Below, piece after piece: positions 14,550 to 28,084 of a stretch of DNA of 64,000 bases; the first letter of the stretch is position 1; every line of letters starts with the position of its first letter. The DNA comes from Callorhinchus milii (taxonomy: Eukaryota): contig NW_024704742.1 in NCBI RefSeq assembly GCF_018977255.1, positions 42,658,001-42,722,000 of the forward strand, in the 5' to 3' direction. The notes beneath the pieces were generated by a model. That model had not been told where the DNA came from and made no database searches. It saw nothing but the letters and a program-made list of their open reading frames with translations. Position numbers and translations under genes: made by a program.

Positions 14550-14995
14550 CCAAAACTGCACCATCATATCCTGACCTACAGCAAACTCTGCATGCCCATT
14601 ACCCTAATTCTTGCCATGCATCCACTGACTCCCTGTCTCCAAATTGATTGATGTCAAGCTCCTCACGCTCATATATAAATCATTTCAAGCCTTAACATCT
14701 CCCTATCTCTCTGATCTCCTCAATCCCCACTCTGCCAACCACCTTCCCACTCAGCTAACACAGGCCTGCTGCACGTACCATACCCCATACATATCACCAT
14801 TGATGACCGAGCCTTTGGTCATTACACCTCGTATATCTAGAGCTCCCTTGCTTCTATCCCCCTGCCTTGATGCCTCTCTATCTAGTTCAAATCCCACCTT
14901 AAAACCAACCTCTTCAACCACGCTTATGGTCACCTCCTAGCTTCTTCTCTTCTTCCTAGCTTAGAGTCCAATTTCACCACTGTGAAGCACTCCCA
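14550..14995 (+). mobile_element. Degenerate L2 3' fragment
   Basis: ITLILAMHP.LPV, IDVKLLTLIYKSFQALTSPYLSDLL, FKSHLKTNLF-like remnants. Confidence 0.7.
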
Positions 14996-15004
14996 AGAAG
15001 TTAA

Positions 15005-16175
15005 CCTTTTTATGAGCCATTGGCACCAGTACTGGGGGAAATGAGGTCTATTTCAAAAATATGGACTCCACTTAAATCGGGCTGAGACAAATGTCCAGCA
15101 AACCGAATGTAAAGGGAGGTAAATAAGGCTTTAAAGTAGTAAAAGGGGGGATACAATTAGAAATAATCGCAAGCCAGCAGTATTAAAAAAACTTAAGCTG
15201 GCAGAACAGAATAGCGAGAGAGATAAACAGAATAGGTCAAAGAGGAGTAAGAAGCTCAGTGAAGAAGATAGGGCATCAGAGAGTAGGGGAAATGGTAAGA
15301 AATTAAAATCACTGTATCTGAATGCACAAAGCATTTGGACTAAGATAGATGAATTAAAGGCACAGAGAGATACAAATAGGTATGATCTAGTAGCCATTAC
15401 TGCGACATGGTTACAGGGAGATCTAGGGTGGGAGTTAAATATTCCGGGGTTTTCAGCTTATAGGAAGGATAGACAACGTAGAAAATGAGGTGGGGGTGTA
15501 GTCTTGTTAATAAAGGATGGAATAAAAACAGTAGAGAGGAAAGATTTCAAATCAGATAACCAGGATGTAGAGACGGTATGGGTAGAATTACAAAATAACA
15601 AGGGGTAGAAAACATTAGTGGGAGTAGTTTATAGACCCCCAAACAGTGATCACAGCATAGCACAGGGTATTAATCAAGAAATTAGAGGAGCATGTAGAAA
15701 GGTAATACAGTAATAGTGGGTGATTTCAATCTTCACATAGATTGGGAAAACCAAATCGTCAAAAGTAGGGTAGAGGATGAGTTTATAGAGTGCATGAGAG
15801 ATAGCTTTCTGGAGCAGTATGCTGAGGAACCAAGTAGGGGACAGGCCATCCTAGACCTTGTTTTGTGTAACGAAACAGGGTTATTCGGTAATATAGATAT
15901 TAAAGCTCCTCTAGGGCAGAGTGATCATAACATGACAGAATTTAGCATTAAGTTAGAGAGCAATGTAGTCAAATCCGAAGCAAGGGTCTTAAATTTAAAT
16001 AAAGCTAACTTTGCAGGTATGGGGAAAGAATTAGCTAAAATAGACTGGGAAATTAGATTAATGGATATGACAATAAACCAACAGAGGCAAACGTTTAAAG
16101 ATGTAGTGCAAAATTCTCAGCTGTCACATATTCCTTTGAGGAATAAGAAGACCACAGGGAAAGCAGTTCATCCGA
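15005..16175 (+). mobile_element. CR1 LINE internal fragment: ORF1 end (esterase-like) and ORF2 endonuclease, lacking RT and 3' end
   Basis: HWHQYWGK*GLFQKYGLHLNRAETNV near 15020-15095 resembles the CR1 ORF1 DGLHLN motif. It is followed by YLNAQSI, GDFNLHIDW, ILDLVLCN, PLGQSDHN. Clearly alignable to 46602-47365. Confidence 0.9.
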
Positions 16176-16867
16176 GTTAGAGTGACTCTATTGAAAGGGA
16201 AGGATCAGTGTGAGCAAAAAGTCTGCTCACGGGCTGCCCCTAACCAGAATTTTAAAGCGGAAAACAATCTTATTTTATGCAATATATTAGAAACTGAAAG
16301 ATTAAATAACAGAATATCTGTTAATCACTTGCTAGTTTTGCTATGAATAAGATAAACTGGGATATGTTTTGGTGAATTATTTCACAGGCATGCCTTTGAC
16401 ACAATCAAACACACCAGTTCAAAGCTCTATTGCAGCTTGTCAAATAAAACACAATGATTTTCTCGGGCTTCATTTTTTTCTTACAGAACATTTAAGTTAA
16501 GTGACTGCCAGCTTGCATTATGCATGGCACCCTGACTCTGTCATTATAAGACATGTAGAAAGCTCATTTAAAGTGCTAACTGAACCTGAATGAAAGAAAA
16601 AGTGAAAATTAATTGACTGTTCTGGTTGCAGTAATTATTTCCAAAGTCTTCCATTAGCAGTTTACTCTAGAGAACAGAAATCCTTCAGACGGTTAATGAC
16701 AAATCTAATTGTAATTAATCATAGTTTCTGACTTTATTTTAACAAACATTACATGTACTGTTATATTTTTAATAAGTAATTCTGATAAACTGATGAAATA
16801 ATTAGTCTCTATAGTAATAATAACCCTAGCACTTGATATACAATACAATTTATATTTATTTGGGGTG

Positions 16868-17240
16868 GAGTCCTGTAGCTTAGTGGTTAGAACGCTCGGA
16901 TCGTAAGTGAGAGGACCCTGGTTCGATTCCCGGCAGGGTGAAACGTTGGGCAAGTTTCCTTACTCCACACACCTCTGTTTACCCAGCAGTAAGTAGGAAC
17001 CCGGTCATTAGTTGATAGGTGGATCATTTTTCCGGGGGTAATGATAATAACAGCAATAAAAAAAAGTGGTCACTCAATCCACGACTGTTTATGGGATACT
17101 GCTGTGCACAATTGGCTGCCACGTTTCGCCTACGAAATACAGACAATTCACTTTAAAGTATATTCTGTGAAGCGTTTTGAGACATCTCGAAGATGTGACA
17201 AGACACCATATCAAATGCAAGGATTATTATTATTATTATT
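16868..17240 (+). mobile_element. tRNA(Ala)-like-headed SINE, full length (family A)
   Basis: A box TAGCTTAGTGG, B box GGTTCGATTCC, body TTGGGCAAGTTTCCTTACTCCACAC, 3' half GCTGTGCACAATTGGCTGCC, L2-like tail ending TATCAAATGCAAGG(ATT)n. Confidence 0.9.
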
Positions 17241-17774
17241 GTTTCAAAGTTCTTAACCCTGTTGGCTGGGCACCTGAGCTAGGGGTGGGAACTGAAGAGA
17301 GTACACCTTTCATACCAAGAGGACATCTGAAAGCTCTTCAGAAGTATATATTCTAACTAGCAGCTATAGATATGTAGTCATCTCATTATATTTAATAAAA
17401 TGGAAAATTTGTATGATAACTTAGGAAGCCTGCAAAGCAAAAGCCATGGGTAATCTACCAATGTAATAAAAAAAATGATTTATGTTTATAACCTGTAGTT
17501 CAGATCTGCAATGATTCAGTTTTAAGATACTTGAAACTTCTCTGTTTCATAGCTGGATCACATTCATTTTACTGAGCTAACTTTACTGTCTGCCACATAA
17601 TCTACAATGAGATTTTATTGTATTCTAAAATTAATTCTTGCTTTTGACTTTTGGGTCACATTTGTTCTGGTCAACATGATAATAAATATTAACAATAACA
17701 ACAACGGCAGTCAATTTGCACACCGTAACGTTCCACAAACACAAACAGGAGGTGATAGAGGTGATCATAGGAAC

Positions 17775-18222
17775 AATAATAATCTTTGCATTTGATATAG
17801 AGCTTTATCACACCGTTGAAGTGTTTCACAGAAATATACTGTACGGTGGATTGACAGTGTAATTTGTGGTCGAAATTGGCAGCCAGTTGCATACAGTAAT
17901 GTCCCACAAATATTGATGAAGTGCATGACCAATTCTATTTAGGGGAATTATTGGTCAGAACACCGGGAGAAACTCCCTTTTCTTTTTGAATAGTTCTTTG
18001 GGATCTTTATCGTCTTTACCTGGATCTTTACCTGGAAAGACAGACAGAACCTTGGTTTAACGTCTCATCTGAAGAATGGCAACTCTGACAATTCAACAAA
18101 CCCCTAGCATTTCATTGGAGTGTCAGCTTAGAATGTGTGAGTTCAAGTCCCAACGTGGGATTTGAACCCACAATCTTCTGACTCAAAGGAGAGAGTGCTA
18201 CCATTGAGCCAAATTGACACAC
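17775..18222 (-). mobile_element. Deu-domain SINE (family B)
   Basis: Reverse strand has A box TGGCTCAATGG, B box GGTTCAAATCC, Deu domain and tail. Confidence 0.85.
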
Positions 18223-21200
18223 AGCATAGCCAAAGAGGTAGATTTTAAGGCAGAACATATAGACAGAGACAGGGTGAGCTGGAAGGGTAGAAGTAAGGGT
18301 TTCCAGAGATTCAGGGTACAGAATCGGAAAGCTGAGGCACCAATGGCCTTTTTATAAAAAAATTGGGTCAAACTCCCTTCTCTTTTTGAGTAATGTTTTG
18401 GCCTTTAACATCCACCTGAACATGCAAATGGAACTTTGGTTTAAAGTCTCATTCGAAGGGTGGCATTTCCGACAATGCAGCACACCCCCAGCATTGCACT
18501 GCAGTGTCAGTCTAGACTGGGTACGCAAAGTCTCGACAAGGAGACAACCTTCTAACACAGTGGTGGGAGTGCTACCAACTGAGCCACGTAAGGTGAACAT
18601 CTCAAAATGCTGTACAACAATGATGGGGCTTACCAAACATGGAGAAGAGGAGGGGGAATTTGAGGGTTGATCAACGCAATGTGAGGATCTTTCTTCCCAC
18701 GGGTCAATGTCCGGACACGTTGAAGTGAAATAACAGGTTATATGCTGTCCTTAGAAACTTTGCTGACCAAAGGTTTCTAAAAGAATTTTGAAGGCAGGGA
18801 GAGACAGTGCAAGGTTAAGGGTTTGGGGAAAGTAAGGAATAAGCAGTAAATCAACAGGGCCACAGGATCTTTAATGTTAACCTAAACAGAGCGCAGTTGG
18901 GGACCTCGATTAACGACTCATCCAAAGAACTGCATCTCCAACAATTCAACGGTTTTGTCAGCACTGCGTTGGGATGTCATCTTAGACTAGGTCTAAAAAA
19001 AAATTTTCCTCACTCAATCCAATACAGTTTGTGGGAAACTGCTGCGTGCAATTGGCTACTGTGTTTTGTCCACAAAATAAACAGTTAATCCACTTTACAG
19101 TGAAGCACTTTGAGATATCTCACCGACGTGATAAGGCACTATACCAAGGATTATTATTATAAACCAGAACATTCAACCCTTCAAAATATTAAGTCCCTAA
19201 ATCTACAAATCTAATATTAGCATTTAATAATTTAATACAGCAGTTTATTACAACAAAATATTTCCAAGTGCTTCACTTATGAGTCAGTTTTGAAGTGTCA
19301 GTGACTGTCGGTTAATCTGTGGTAGGAGTTTCCCAAAAACACAGTTAGATGAAGGACCAAATGCCGTCTTAATCAGAATAAAGAAGCTGATACAATGAAA
19401 ATATTCCCTGCTCTTGTTCACAATAGTATAGGCCTGTGGGATCTTCAGCATCCAGCGGAGTTACCAAAATAAGCAAACGGGACCTCAGCTTAACATCTCA
19501 TGAATTTTTTTTGTAAAATGTAACACCGTCCTCTGTACTGCACTGGAGTGTCAACCTAGATTGATTGCAAATTTAGCTCCCAGTATGAGACTTGAATCCA
19601 GAAGTCTCAGAAATGAAAGTCCTGCTAACCGAGCCAAAGTGGCCACTTGATGAGTCCTGGAATAGTTAAATCTACAATGGAATCCTCAGAGCTACACTGA
19701 GGCAATAGGCAACATCCTCCATCAATAGCTTCTTGAAGCCTCCAGTCTATCGTACTATTCCTTGTTTCACTTGCAAAACACTGATGCCCTTGCCCTACAT
19801 CTCTACTGTAGAAGACAACCAGTCTTTTTTTTGGAAACACCTTCGAGCACTGTTCTGTCTAAGTGCAACCCATGTAAGCAAACAACACTGCTATCTCTCA
19901 CTGTACTATGGCAATGCACAACAGATAATAATTAGAATTTTCAGCAATGCTGAAAATTCATGGTTCACAGTCATGCAGGCTTAAAGCTATGTCCATTGCA
20001 CCAACATCACTGCTATAACTGGTGGTTTGTTTTACAGTCACAGGTTTACTCCTGGAGAAAAAGGGAGAATTGTCATAAACCAAGCTGCTGTCTAACCAGT
20101 TGGCTGTGTTAGTCTCTTTAATGCATAAAACAGAGGCGACCTATTAAAGAATTGAGGAGAAAATAAATAAAAGCTTCTTAATAATATTTTTGATTCTCTC
20201 TGCTTATTTATGACCAATGTCTAGAGTAATTAAAGGCTTAAACAGGTTGTCAGGAAGAGTAGCTGAAGCCAGGGCACCGGACTCATTTAAAAAGCAGTTT
20301 AATGGGACGGCAGGGTGGTGTTCTGGAAGCACAATATTGGATGGGTCAAAGGGCCTTCTTCATCCAAATCAACCTTGTGGCCTTGTGAACTTAACAAAAG
20401 ATAAGGCAATGCCTTGGGACGTTGTCGTGACGTGAAAGGTGCTATACAATTGTAATTTATTGCTGTTAATCCTTATCTTACAAGTAATTTTTCCTTCACA
20501 TTTTGCCCCTCTAAGGAAAACATAAAGATAAATGGAAACCAGTGAAAAAAGCTTTTAGTACAGTATAGGCATTGGACAGGGTTGCAAGAAGGAATCAAAT
20601 AAACATTTTTAAACAAGCAAGCCTGAGGGAGTCTGTCATACAGTGTGAGGTCTCAAAATGTGAGCTAAAAGCCATCTGGTCTAGTAGTTTTTTAATGTCA
20701 TGAGAAATCAATGTATTCAAGATACTTTTTGACTGAAGTTGTCTGAAATGTCATCTATGAGTCAGCTAACAAGCCTCACAGTCACCAAACACATGTTAGA
20801 TTTTCTCACAAGTATTTAAGCAGTCTTCCCTCAAGGGCTCCCTGTAGTATTTTTCCCCAACATTAAGCAGCAATAAAAATATAACTGTTACTGGTTCTGC
20901 AGTCATTTCAACCACTTCACTGAAAGCAGCTAAACCTAGGTCAGTAAACCTATGTGATTTCACCTCAAGGTGTCTGGACATTAAACTTTGGGAGGAATGA
21001 TCCCTCGCATGCTGCAGCTGACAATTTGTTTTATATCATGTATCCACATACAGAAACTTTACGTGGGTATAAAAAAGTCTGAATATCCATATAATGATAT
21101 GCTATTCCTGAAGAATTGGCTCAGGGACAATAATATACATTTTGAAGGATTTCATTAACCATTCCTTGTGAAAACTGCATCCTGTCCTTTTCCGGTTCTC

Positions 21201-22751
21201 TTTCACATTTATCTCAACACTCCTGACCTCTCCCTTTAATATTTTGGTAATGATCTTAAATTTATGCTGGGCTGAAGTGGCAGAGGAAGTACATTTTTAT
21301 TAATTTGACATGCCACTTGTTGAACTGATTCATTTTATAAGCTATCTTACCGTACATCCCGTATCACTGAGCAGAAGCATTAATGTAGGAAGGAATGAGA
21401 TTTACTTGCATTTTTGTTCTCATTTTGCCATGATCCACAGACATTAGTTACATCAGTTGAAAGACAGTTTCATCCTCGGTTCTATCAGTGCATAGCATCA
21501 AATTAAACTCAAACCCGAGTCATGTAGATTGTCATGCCATCCTTCTTGAGAGGGGAGAGGGAAGGTAAATTGGGGCTGAGATGGCTCTGAGGTGACATGC
21601 CTGACAATGAAATATCGGAATTGAGTCCATCCTCTGTAGCGGTTTTGGTAACCTAGTTCCTGAACGCAGCAGGTCAACATGATTCTTATGCACCTGATGG
21701 CATACCAGCCAGGCACATTGGCACAATTTGAACAGGCAGAACAGCCATTGGCATGGCCTATCTAACAACGTATGGATAAGAATTCCAGAACAAACAATAT
21801 AGCTTAATAAATTATGATTACAATTTTATTAACTTTACTGCACCATTAATATTGTAGTGCTTATTTTAAACTGCTCTCTTTCTAACTATAATTCACTTAT
21901 TGTTGAAACTTGGAGGGCATCCAGATGATTCATCAGATTCACACCTGGGATCAAAGAGTTTAGCTATGTTTAGAGGCTGAGTAAAATGTGTATTCTATTC
22001 CCTAGATTTGAGGAGATTAAGAAGTAATCTAATTGACATGTTTACAATAATTCTGGGAATTGACAGATTACGGTTCATTGGAGATGAAAGCAGACCTTAG
22101 GCTGTTAAAATTGAAATCAGAAAACAGTCCAATGGTTGTGAGACTATGAAATATGTTGCTTCAGAGGACCTAAACATAGAATTGTTTGGGATGTTTGAAA
22201 GGAAGATAGACTCTGTAGATGTATGAGTGTTAAGGGTTATGGAGAAAGGGCAGGGAGATACTGTATGATTAAAAAAACTTAAGAATTTAAGCTCCAATAT
22301 GGGTTTGAACTCACAGCCTTCTGATCTAGATGTGAATGCTATCATCTGAACCAACCTAACACTCAAAAGATTTACTGCGATCTGAAAAAAAAATGGCAGA
22401 ACAATTTGAATGGACCCAAATGCCTGCTCCTATTCCTTTGGTCCCTGCCATTTGTACAAGCAATAACAGATTTCACATTTAGAGTAACTGATGTGGCATC
22501 CGGTATTTCATAAGTCTTTTCAAAATATTAACTTGCACAATAATTTAAGCAATGGTGTGAAAGCACCTTATCTTATTCTCAGGCAGTTTGGAATGAGGCA
22601 TTGGATGCCACCACATGTATATCAGCTATACATTACTTCTTATCAAGACATTTTCACATTGGACTCCCACTCAAGGCATTTTGAAATCACTGACAGGTGT
22701 CCAAATTGACAAGAACCTGTCTCAAAGCTTGGTTATTTGCTTTGACTACTC

Positions 22752-24010
22752 AACAACAACAAAACACATTTGTACAGCACCTTTAACATTGGAAGGACAT
22801 CCCAAAGAGCTGAACAGTCAGGGATTTGGACCCAGGCAGGTGGTCGGGATCAGGGGGTGGAGGGCAGGAAGAGTAGGAAGGGCCCAAAGGTGGGATTGAA
22901 GAGGAGGGTTTTGAGGTGTGCCTTGAAGGAGACAAGCAAGGGAGTAAGGCAAAGGGACTGTGGGTTGGAGCTCCAAAGGCAGAGAGGCTGAAGGCCTGTC
23001 CTCCGATGTTGGGGTGGTCCAAGCTAGGGACCAAGAGCAGGCCAGAGCTTGCTGAGTGGAGGGACTTGAAAGGTTGATATGGGGTTAGCAAGCCACAGAG
23101 GTATGAAGGAACAAGGTCATGGAGGGACATGAAGGTCAGGACAAGGATTTTGAACCATGGGAGATGGAGAGCCAGTGGAGCCGGGTGAGGATGGGGTGAT
23201 AGGGTCATGCAGCCTGGTGTGGGAGAGGATACGTGCTGCAGAGTTCTGGATGATCTGCAGCTTGTGGAGGGAAGAGTTGGAAAGGCCGACAAGAAGGGAG
23301 TGGGTGTAGTCGAGTCTAGATGTGATAAATGCGTGGATGAGGGTAGAGGTGGTGGTGGAGCCAGGCGATGTTGCGGAGGTGCAGAAAAGCAGAGAGGGTC
23401 ATGGCATGGATGTTAGGCAGAAAGGACAGTTGAGGGTCAAACAAGATGCCAAGGTTTCGGACTGGTTCAGTGAGGGTGCAGTGTGCATCCATGGATGGTG
23501 ATGCTGCCAGTACCTGAGGTGTGAACGTGCGTCAATCTGAAGGGCCTCAATCTTGTTGACGTTCAACTGGAGAAAATGAGATTTCATCCAGGAATTGATG
23601 GCGGTCAGACATTCTGCCAGGACAGCAGTGGTCCTGGAGTCGAGGGTGGAGGGGAAGAGGTAGAATTGAGTGTCATCTGCATACATGTGGAGTTGACCCC
23701 ATGACTGCAGATGATGTCACCAAGAGGAAGCATGTACATGTTGAAGAGGAGGGAACCAACGACAGAGCCCTGAGGTACTCCGCGTGAGGTGGTGCCGGGG
23801 TTGGAGGAGAAGCCATTTTTGGAGACAAAGTGGAGACGGTGTGAAAGGTAGGATCTGAACCAGTCAAGTTGAGAACCAACAACAACAACAACTTGGATTT
23901 ATATAGCACCCTCCATGCCGGACGGCGTCTCAGAGCGCTTTGAAGATTGAGGTGAGAGCAGAGGTGGTGGAGGATGATAGAGTAGTCAACAGTGTCAAAA
24001 GCAGCAGAGA
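22752..24010 (-). mobile_element. L2-clade LINE 3' fragment with RT motifs
   Basis: [47 protein letters not shown] on the minus strand; (GTT)n tail near 22752. A short extra tail fragment is embedded at ~23877-23945. Confidence 0.9.
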
Positions 24011-24634
24011 TGAGGAGACAAAATGCTCTTGTACAGCCTCACTCTGCAATTTAAATGGTTGTTTGAACTACAGACAACTTAATTTCATAATTCTATCTTT
24101 CTATCTACCTCCAATTGGTATAGTCAATACAAACACACATTGGCTCTATATTAATTATTGCATCTTGTGTACAGTACTTTCAACAGAAACAAAGTACCCA
24201 ATCGAGTTGTTCTCACCAAAAAAAGTGAGCTTGTGGGACACTGTTGTATGCAAAATTGGCTATCGCAAAATTGCTCACAAAATACAGTTACTCCACTTTA
24301 CAGTATTTCCTGTGAATGCTTTGAGACACCTTCTCGATGTGAAAGGCACTATATCAAATGGAAGAATTGTTAAATTGTTATTATTTTAGTACAGTATTTC
24401 GGTCTACACTTCAAAGAACATCAAACAGGCATAGTATATGACTATATTCTGAATAGCATTTAATTCAGTTTGTGCAGGGTATGTTAGTGATCAGATGACA
24501 GATAATTAAACACTGTCATTTGATACAGTGCCTCATCACATCATCCAAAACATTAAAAAATTTCACAAGATTTTATTGTGAAGTGTAGTGACTACATTTG
24601 TAAGCACACATTGCATTTGATCCACTATTAGTAG

Positions 24635-25040
24635 CAGTTTGGCTCAGTTGTTAGCAATCTCGCTACTCACTCAAAAGTGCTGGGCTCAAGCTCCATGGTA
24701 GCATTTTCGCTCATTATCTACACGGAAAGTCCAGGGCAGTACTCGGAGAGCACTGCATTGTCAGAGGTATTGGTCTTTTGGATGAGACATTAACCAAGGT
24801 CCTGCCTGTCTGTTCTCAGATGCATGTTACTTGAAAAGAGAAAGGAGTTCCACCTGGTATTCTGCCTACGAATCCTACAGATTAATTTGTTATTATTATT
24901 ATTCACCTTATGGCCATTTCTCTACAAACACACAGTTACTACACTTTACAATAAATCCTGTGAAGAGATCTGTGAAGTGCTCCTGATGTGAGAGGCTCTG
25001 TATCAAGTGCAAAGATTGTTATTCAATATTTATTATTATT
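24635..25040 (+). mobile_element. Deu-domain SINE (family B), degenerate
   Basis: TTGGCTCAGTTGTTAGCA head, GCATTGTCAGAGGT...GGATGAGACATTAACC, tail. Other partial copies at ~6460-6570, 18360-18590, 19410-19635, 37120-37380, 38740-38962, 39690-39900, 51125-51365. Confidence 0.75.
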
Positions 25041-25689
25041 TCTATAAGAAATGCAATTCTCTCAAGGTGCCTCAAGACCAGCCCGAGGGCAAAAACATTC
25101 CAAAAGCTCTGATAGAATATTTGCAATAATATTAATAGGGAAAGCCAACCCTCTCCATTGCTTTGTGGATAACAGACAAGAAACCCTGCTAGAAATCTCC
25201 TGGGCCACAAACATTTTACTGAGGAATGAAATGTCTCAACTGCCTCTTTCAAATCCTCAATCTATATCTTTCAGATTCTCACAGGATTCAGAACATGGGA
25301 CTAACATTTCTCAATAAGACATGTGCATTCAGCACATTTCTAAAGTCAAGAAAGTGCTGGTGTTTGCATTATTGAATGATTTATTCAGCACACAATTATT
25401 TTTAGAAATTTGATGAATTCTTGTGAAGAAATCTGTTAAAAAAAATCATAAATTACACCCAATTTGCTCCTTCCCATCCCAATAATCTTCGATCCCTTGC
25501 TGAAGACTATTCAGTGTGTACTCTTCCATTGGATTTCATTCTTTTAGATCCAAATACTCATTTGAAAAACTCAAAAAACAGTTTTATGAAGAAGTGTTAA
25601 ATCATGAAGTCAACAAAATCTCACATTTATATCTGTGCTAAAAGAAATTCCAGGATGGTTTGCAGTAACTGGTCAAATTCTCAATATTT

Positions 25690-26277
25690 TGTTTGGTCAG
25701 CGGGGTGTCTGACACATGCAGAAACCCATTACCATGCTTATGAGTATCCAAACCAAACTGAATTCCCGAGATATTTATTGGAATGGAATCTACATTCACT
25801 TCCTTCTATCTAAATCTGTAAAGTATTAGGTGCAAGTTGGCAAGAGCCAAGACTGATTAGACTCCAGAGTGTACATTGGGACACTGCTGGAGTCTAACCA
25901 GCTAAAACCACATAGCTTACCATTGAAAGTATTGTTTGGCAAGCTTTCCTGCTAGTAATCCAAATAGGACCACTCTACCCATTAGATCTTTGGCTTGTAG
26001 GGTGATGGGAGTTGAGTGGGAAGAGTCCCTGCCCCTAGTTACTGTTCTGCCCGTCCAAGACCTGCTGATGAGCCAGGATTGCTGAGCTGCCATCAACAGT
26101 GCCCTGAAGTACTGAGGACCCGCCTGGCTCAGGAACTGAATTTCTGAAACTGCCACCTAGGGTGGGTTGGATTCTGACATTCCATTGCCAAACATGTCAC
26201 CTTGGAGCCAGTTGAGCTTCAAGGAGACCCCACTTACCTCCCCTCCCCAAAAGGGTAGTCACCAGTTGGTCATTTGA
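25690..26277 (-). repeat. Unnamed repeat family C copy
   Basis: Shares GGGTGTCTGACACATG, CTGCTGGAGTCTAACCAGCTAAAACCAC, GAGTGGGAAGAGTCCC and CATGTCACCTTGGAGC with the other copies. Confidence 0.75.
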
Positions 26278-28084
26278 CTAGCACAGGTCTTAGCCCTCAC
26301 GAGGTGGATGGCAGGTATCAAGAATTCCCTGCCAACTCCCTGGTGGGCAATAGTCTCATTGAGAGGAGTTCTTTGCACAACAACAACTTAGCCCTTTTTC
26401 TCCTAATCATCCTAATCACTGAAAAGCAGTCAGGTTGGTCTAAAAAGCTGTTGTGAATCTTGTACAGATCTTGGCTGGAAATAAAAAGTAAGTGTATTCA
26501 CTTGGCACATTTATATATTGCCTAATGTGCATATTGGTGCTTGAAGGTGTTTCACTTCAGTGACCCCAGAGAATGTCATTGAATTTGGACCATCCTGAAA
26601 CTGAATTGAATGAGACCTCTCCAGAGATTAAAATATAATATAATGTAAAATATTATTATGTCATTTAAGAACTGCATATGATATGTAGAGTGTATTTAAA
26701 AATAGTGTACAGTCTGTGAGTATCATTTTGCTACAGCGCTGAATATTTTCAGAAACAGAATATACAACTGGGTTGAGATCAAGATTTCAACTGCAAAATC
26801 TTTCTGCCCAAATCAGAAGCTCAGGGGCCAGTGGTGCATTATATTTTCCAATGTTGCATTGTCTGGCTTGTGGTTGGACATCTACATTTCTTTTGCAGTG
26901 TGTGAAGCCTTTTGCCACAGCTTTAAACTTAGACACATATGAAATCAACTTACATTCAGTTAGTACAGCATATGAGGCAACAGAAAAAATATATGGATCA
27001 GCAGTGACAAGACTGAATTAATACTCCAGTATCCCGACCAACAACCCCCCAATAAAACTAGTCATTCATTTTATGGCTGTTTGTGGGATAATCCTATGTG
27101 GAAATTGGCTTCTACAGCTGCTTACAAACTACAGTCACTATTCTTTACTGTAACTCCTGTGAGGGATTTTGAGACGTCCTCCTGATGTTTAAAGGGCTAT
27201 ATCATATGCAAGAATTATTCATATATTCACAGATTCAGACAATATGCGCCCAGTACTGTACATTTAAGATATTTGTTTGCATTGTATATTGGAAGATACT
27301 CAGTTTCCATGTGCATTATATAATAGTGTCCTAATTATATATTTACTCCACACCAGTTAGAGTGCTACAATTAGCCCAAGTGCTCTGAGCTGGTGACGGG
27401 GAAAAAATGACAGAGAATCTGTTAATGATCATTATCCAGTGACCCTATCATGGAGAATGCATGTATGTAAAGGTTGTGTGAGAGCAGCTCTACGCCATGT
27501 GTAGCTGAATAGCTTTCCATTGATCATTGGCTAGGCTGAGTGATTGTATAATTATTATATCCCAGTTAGAGTTAGCACTTTCACAAGGGAAAAATGTTGG
27601 CCACGAGAAATGAATACCATTCCTAATGCCTTTGAACTTCATTAATATGGTACACGCCCCTTCCTATTTAGTTCTGCTAAGTGAGAGGAGCAAAATAGGC
27701 CAATATGTAGTATTTGCAACACACATACATCTATGTATTGAAGCAGAAAGATCTTACCTGCAAAACCATTTTATCTTAATTTTTCAAGTTTTAGTCTTAT
27801 TAATGTTATTAATGTCACACCATTATTCGAATATTGAACTTTATTTCCTCTGAGTGCCACTTCAATAGATTTTCTTGTTCTGCTTTCTTTAGATGTAAGG
27901 ATTGATTTGACTTGTTAAAACTAGAATCTGGTTAATGAGATTCCTTTTTTCCTCCTTTCTTTCACTTTGTTTACATTCCCTTCACCTCACCCTTTATAGT
28001 CTGTCAGGTTTCCTAATATAACCTAAATCATGCTTCCACTGAAATTCATTCACTTCAGCTTTCGTACATTTTTAATAACAAATA

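Noticed and set aside
16868..16940. tRNA-like cloverleaf with A and B boxes
   Set aside because: It runs directly into a SINE body and tail, has poor acceptor-stem pairing and occurs in multiple diverged copies; a SINE head, not a tRNA gene.
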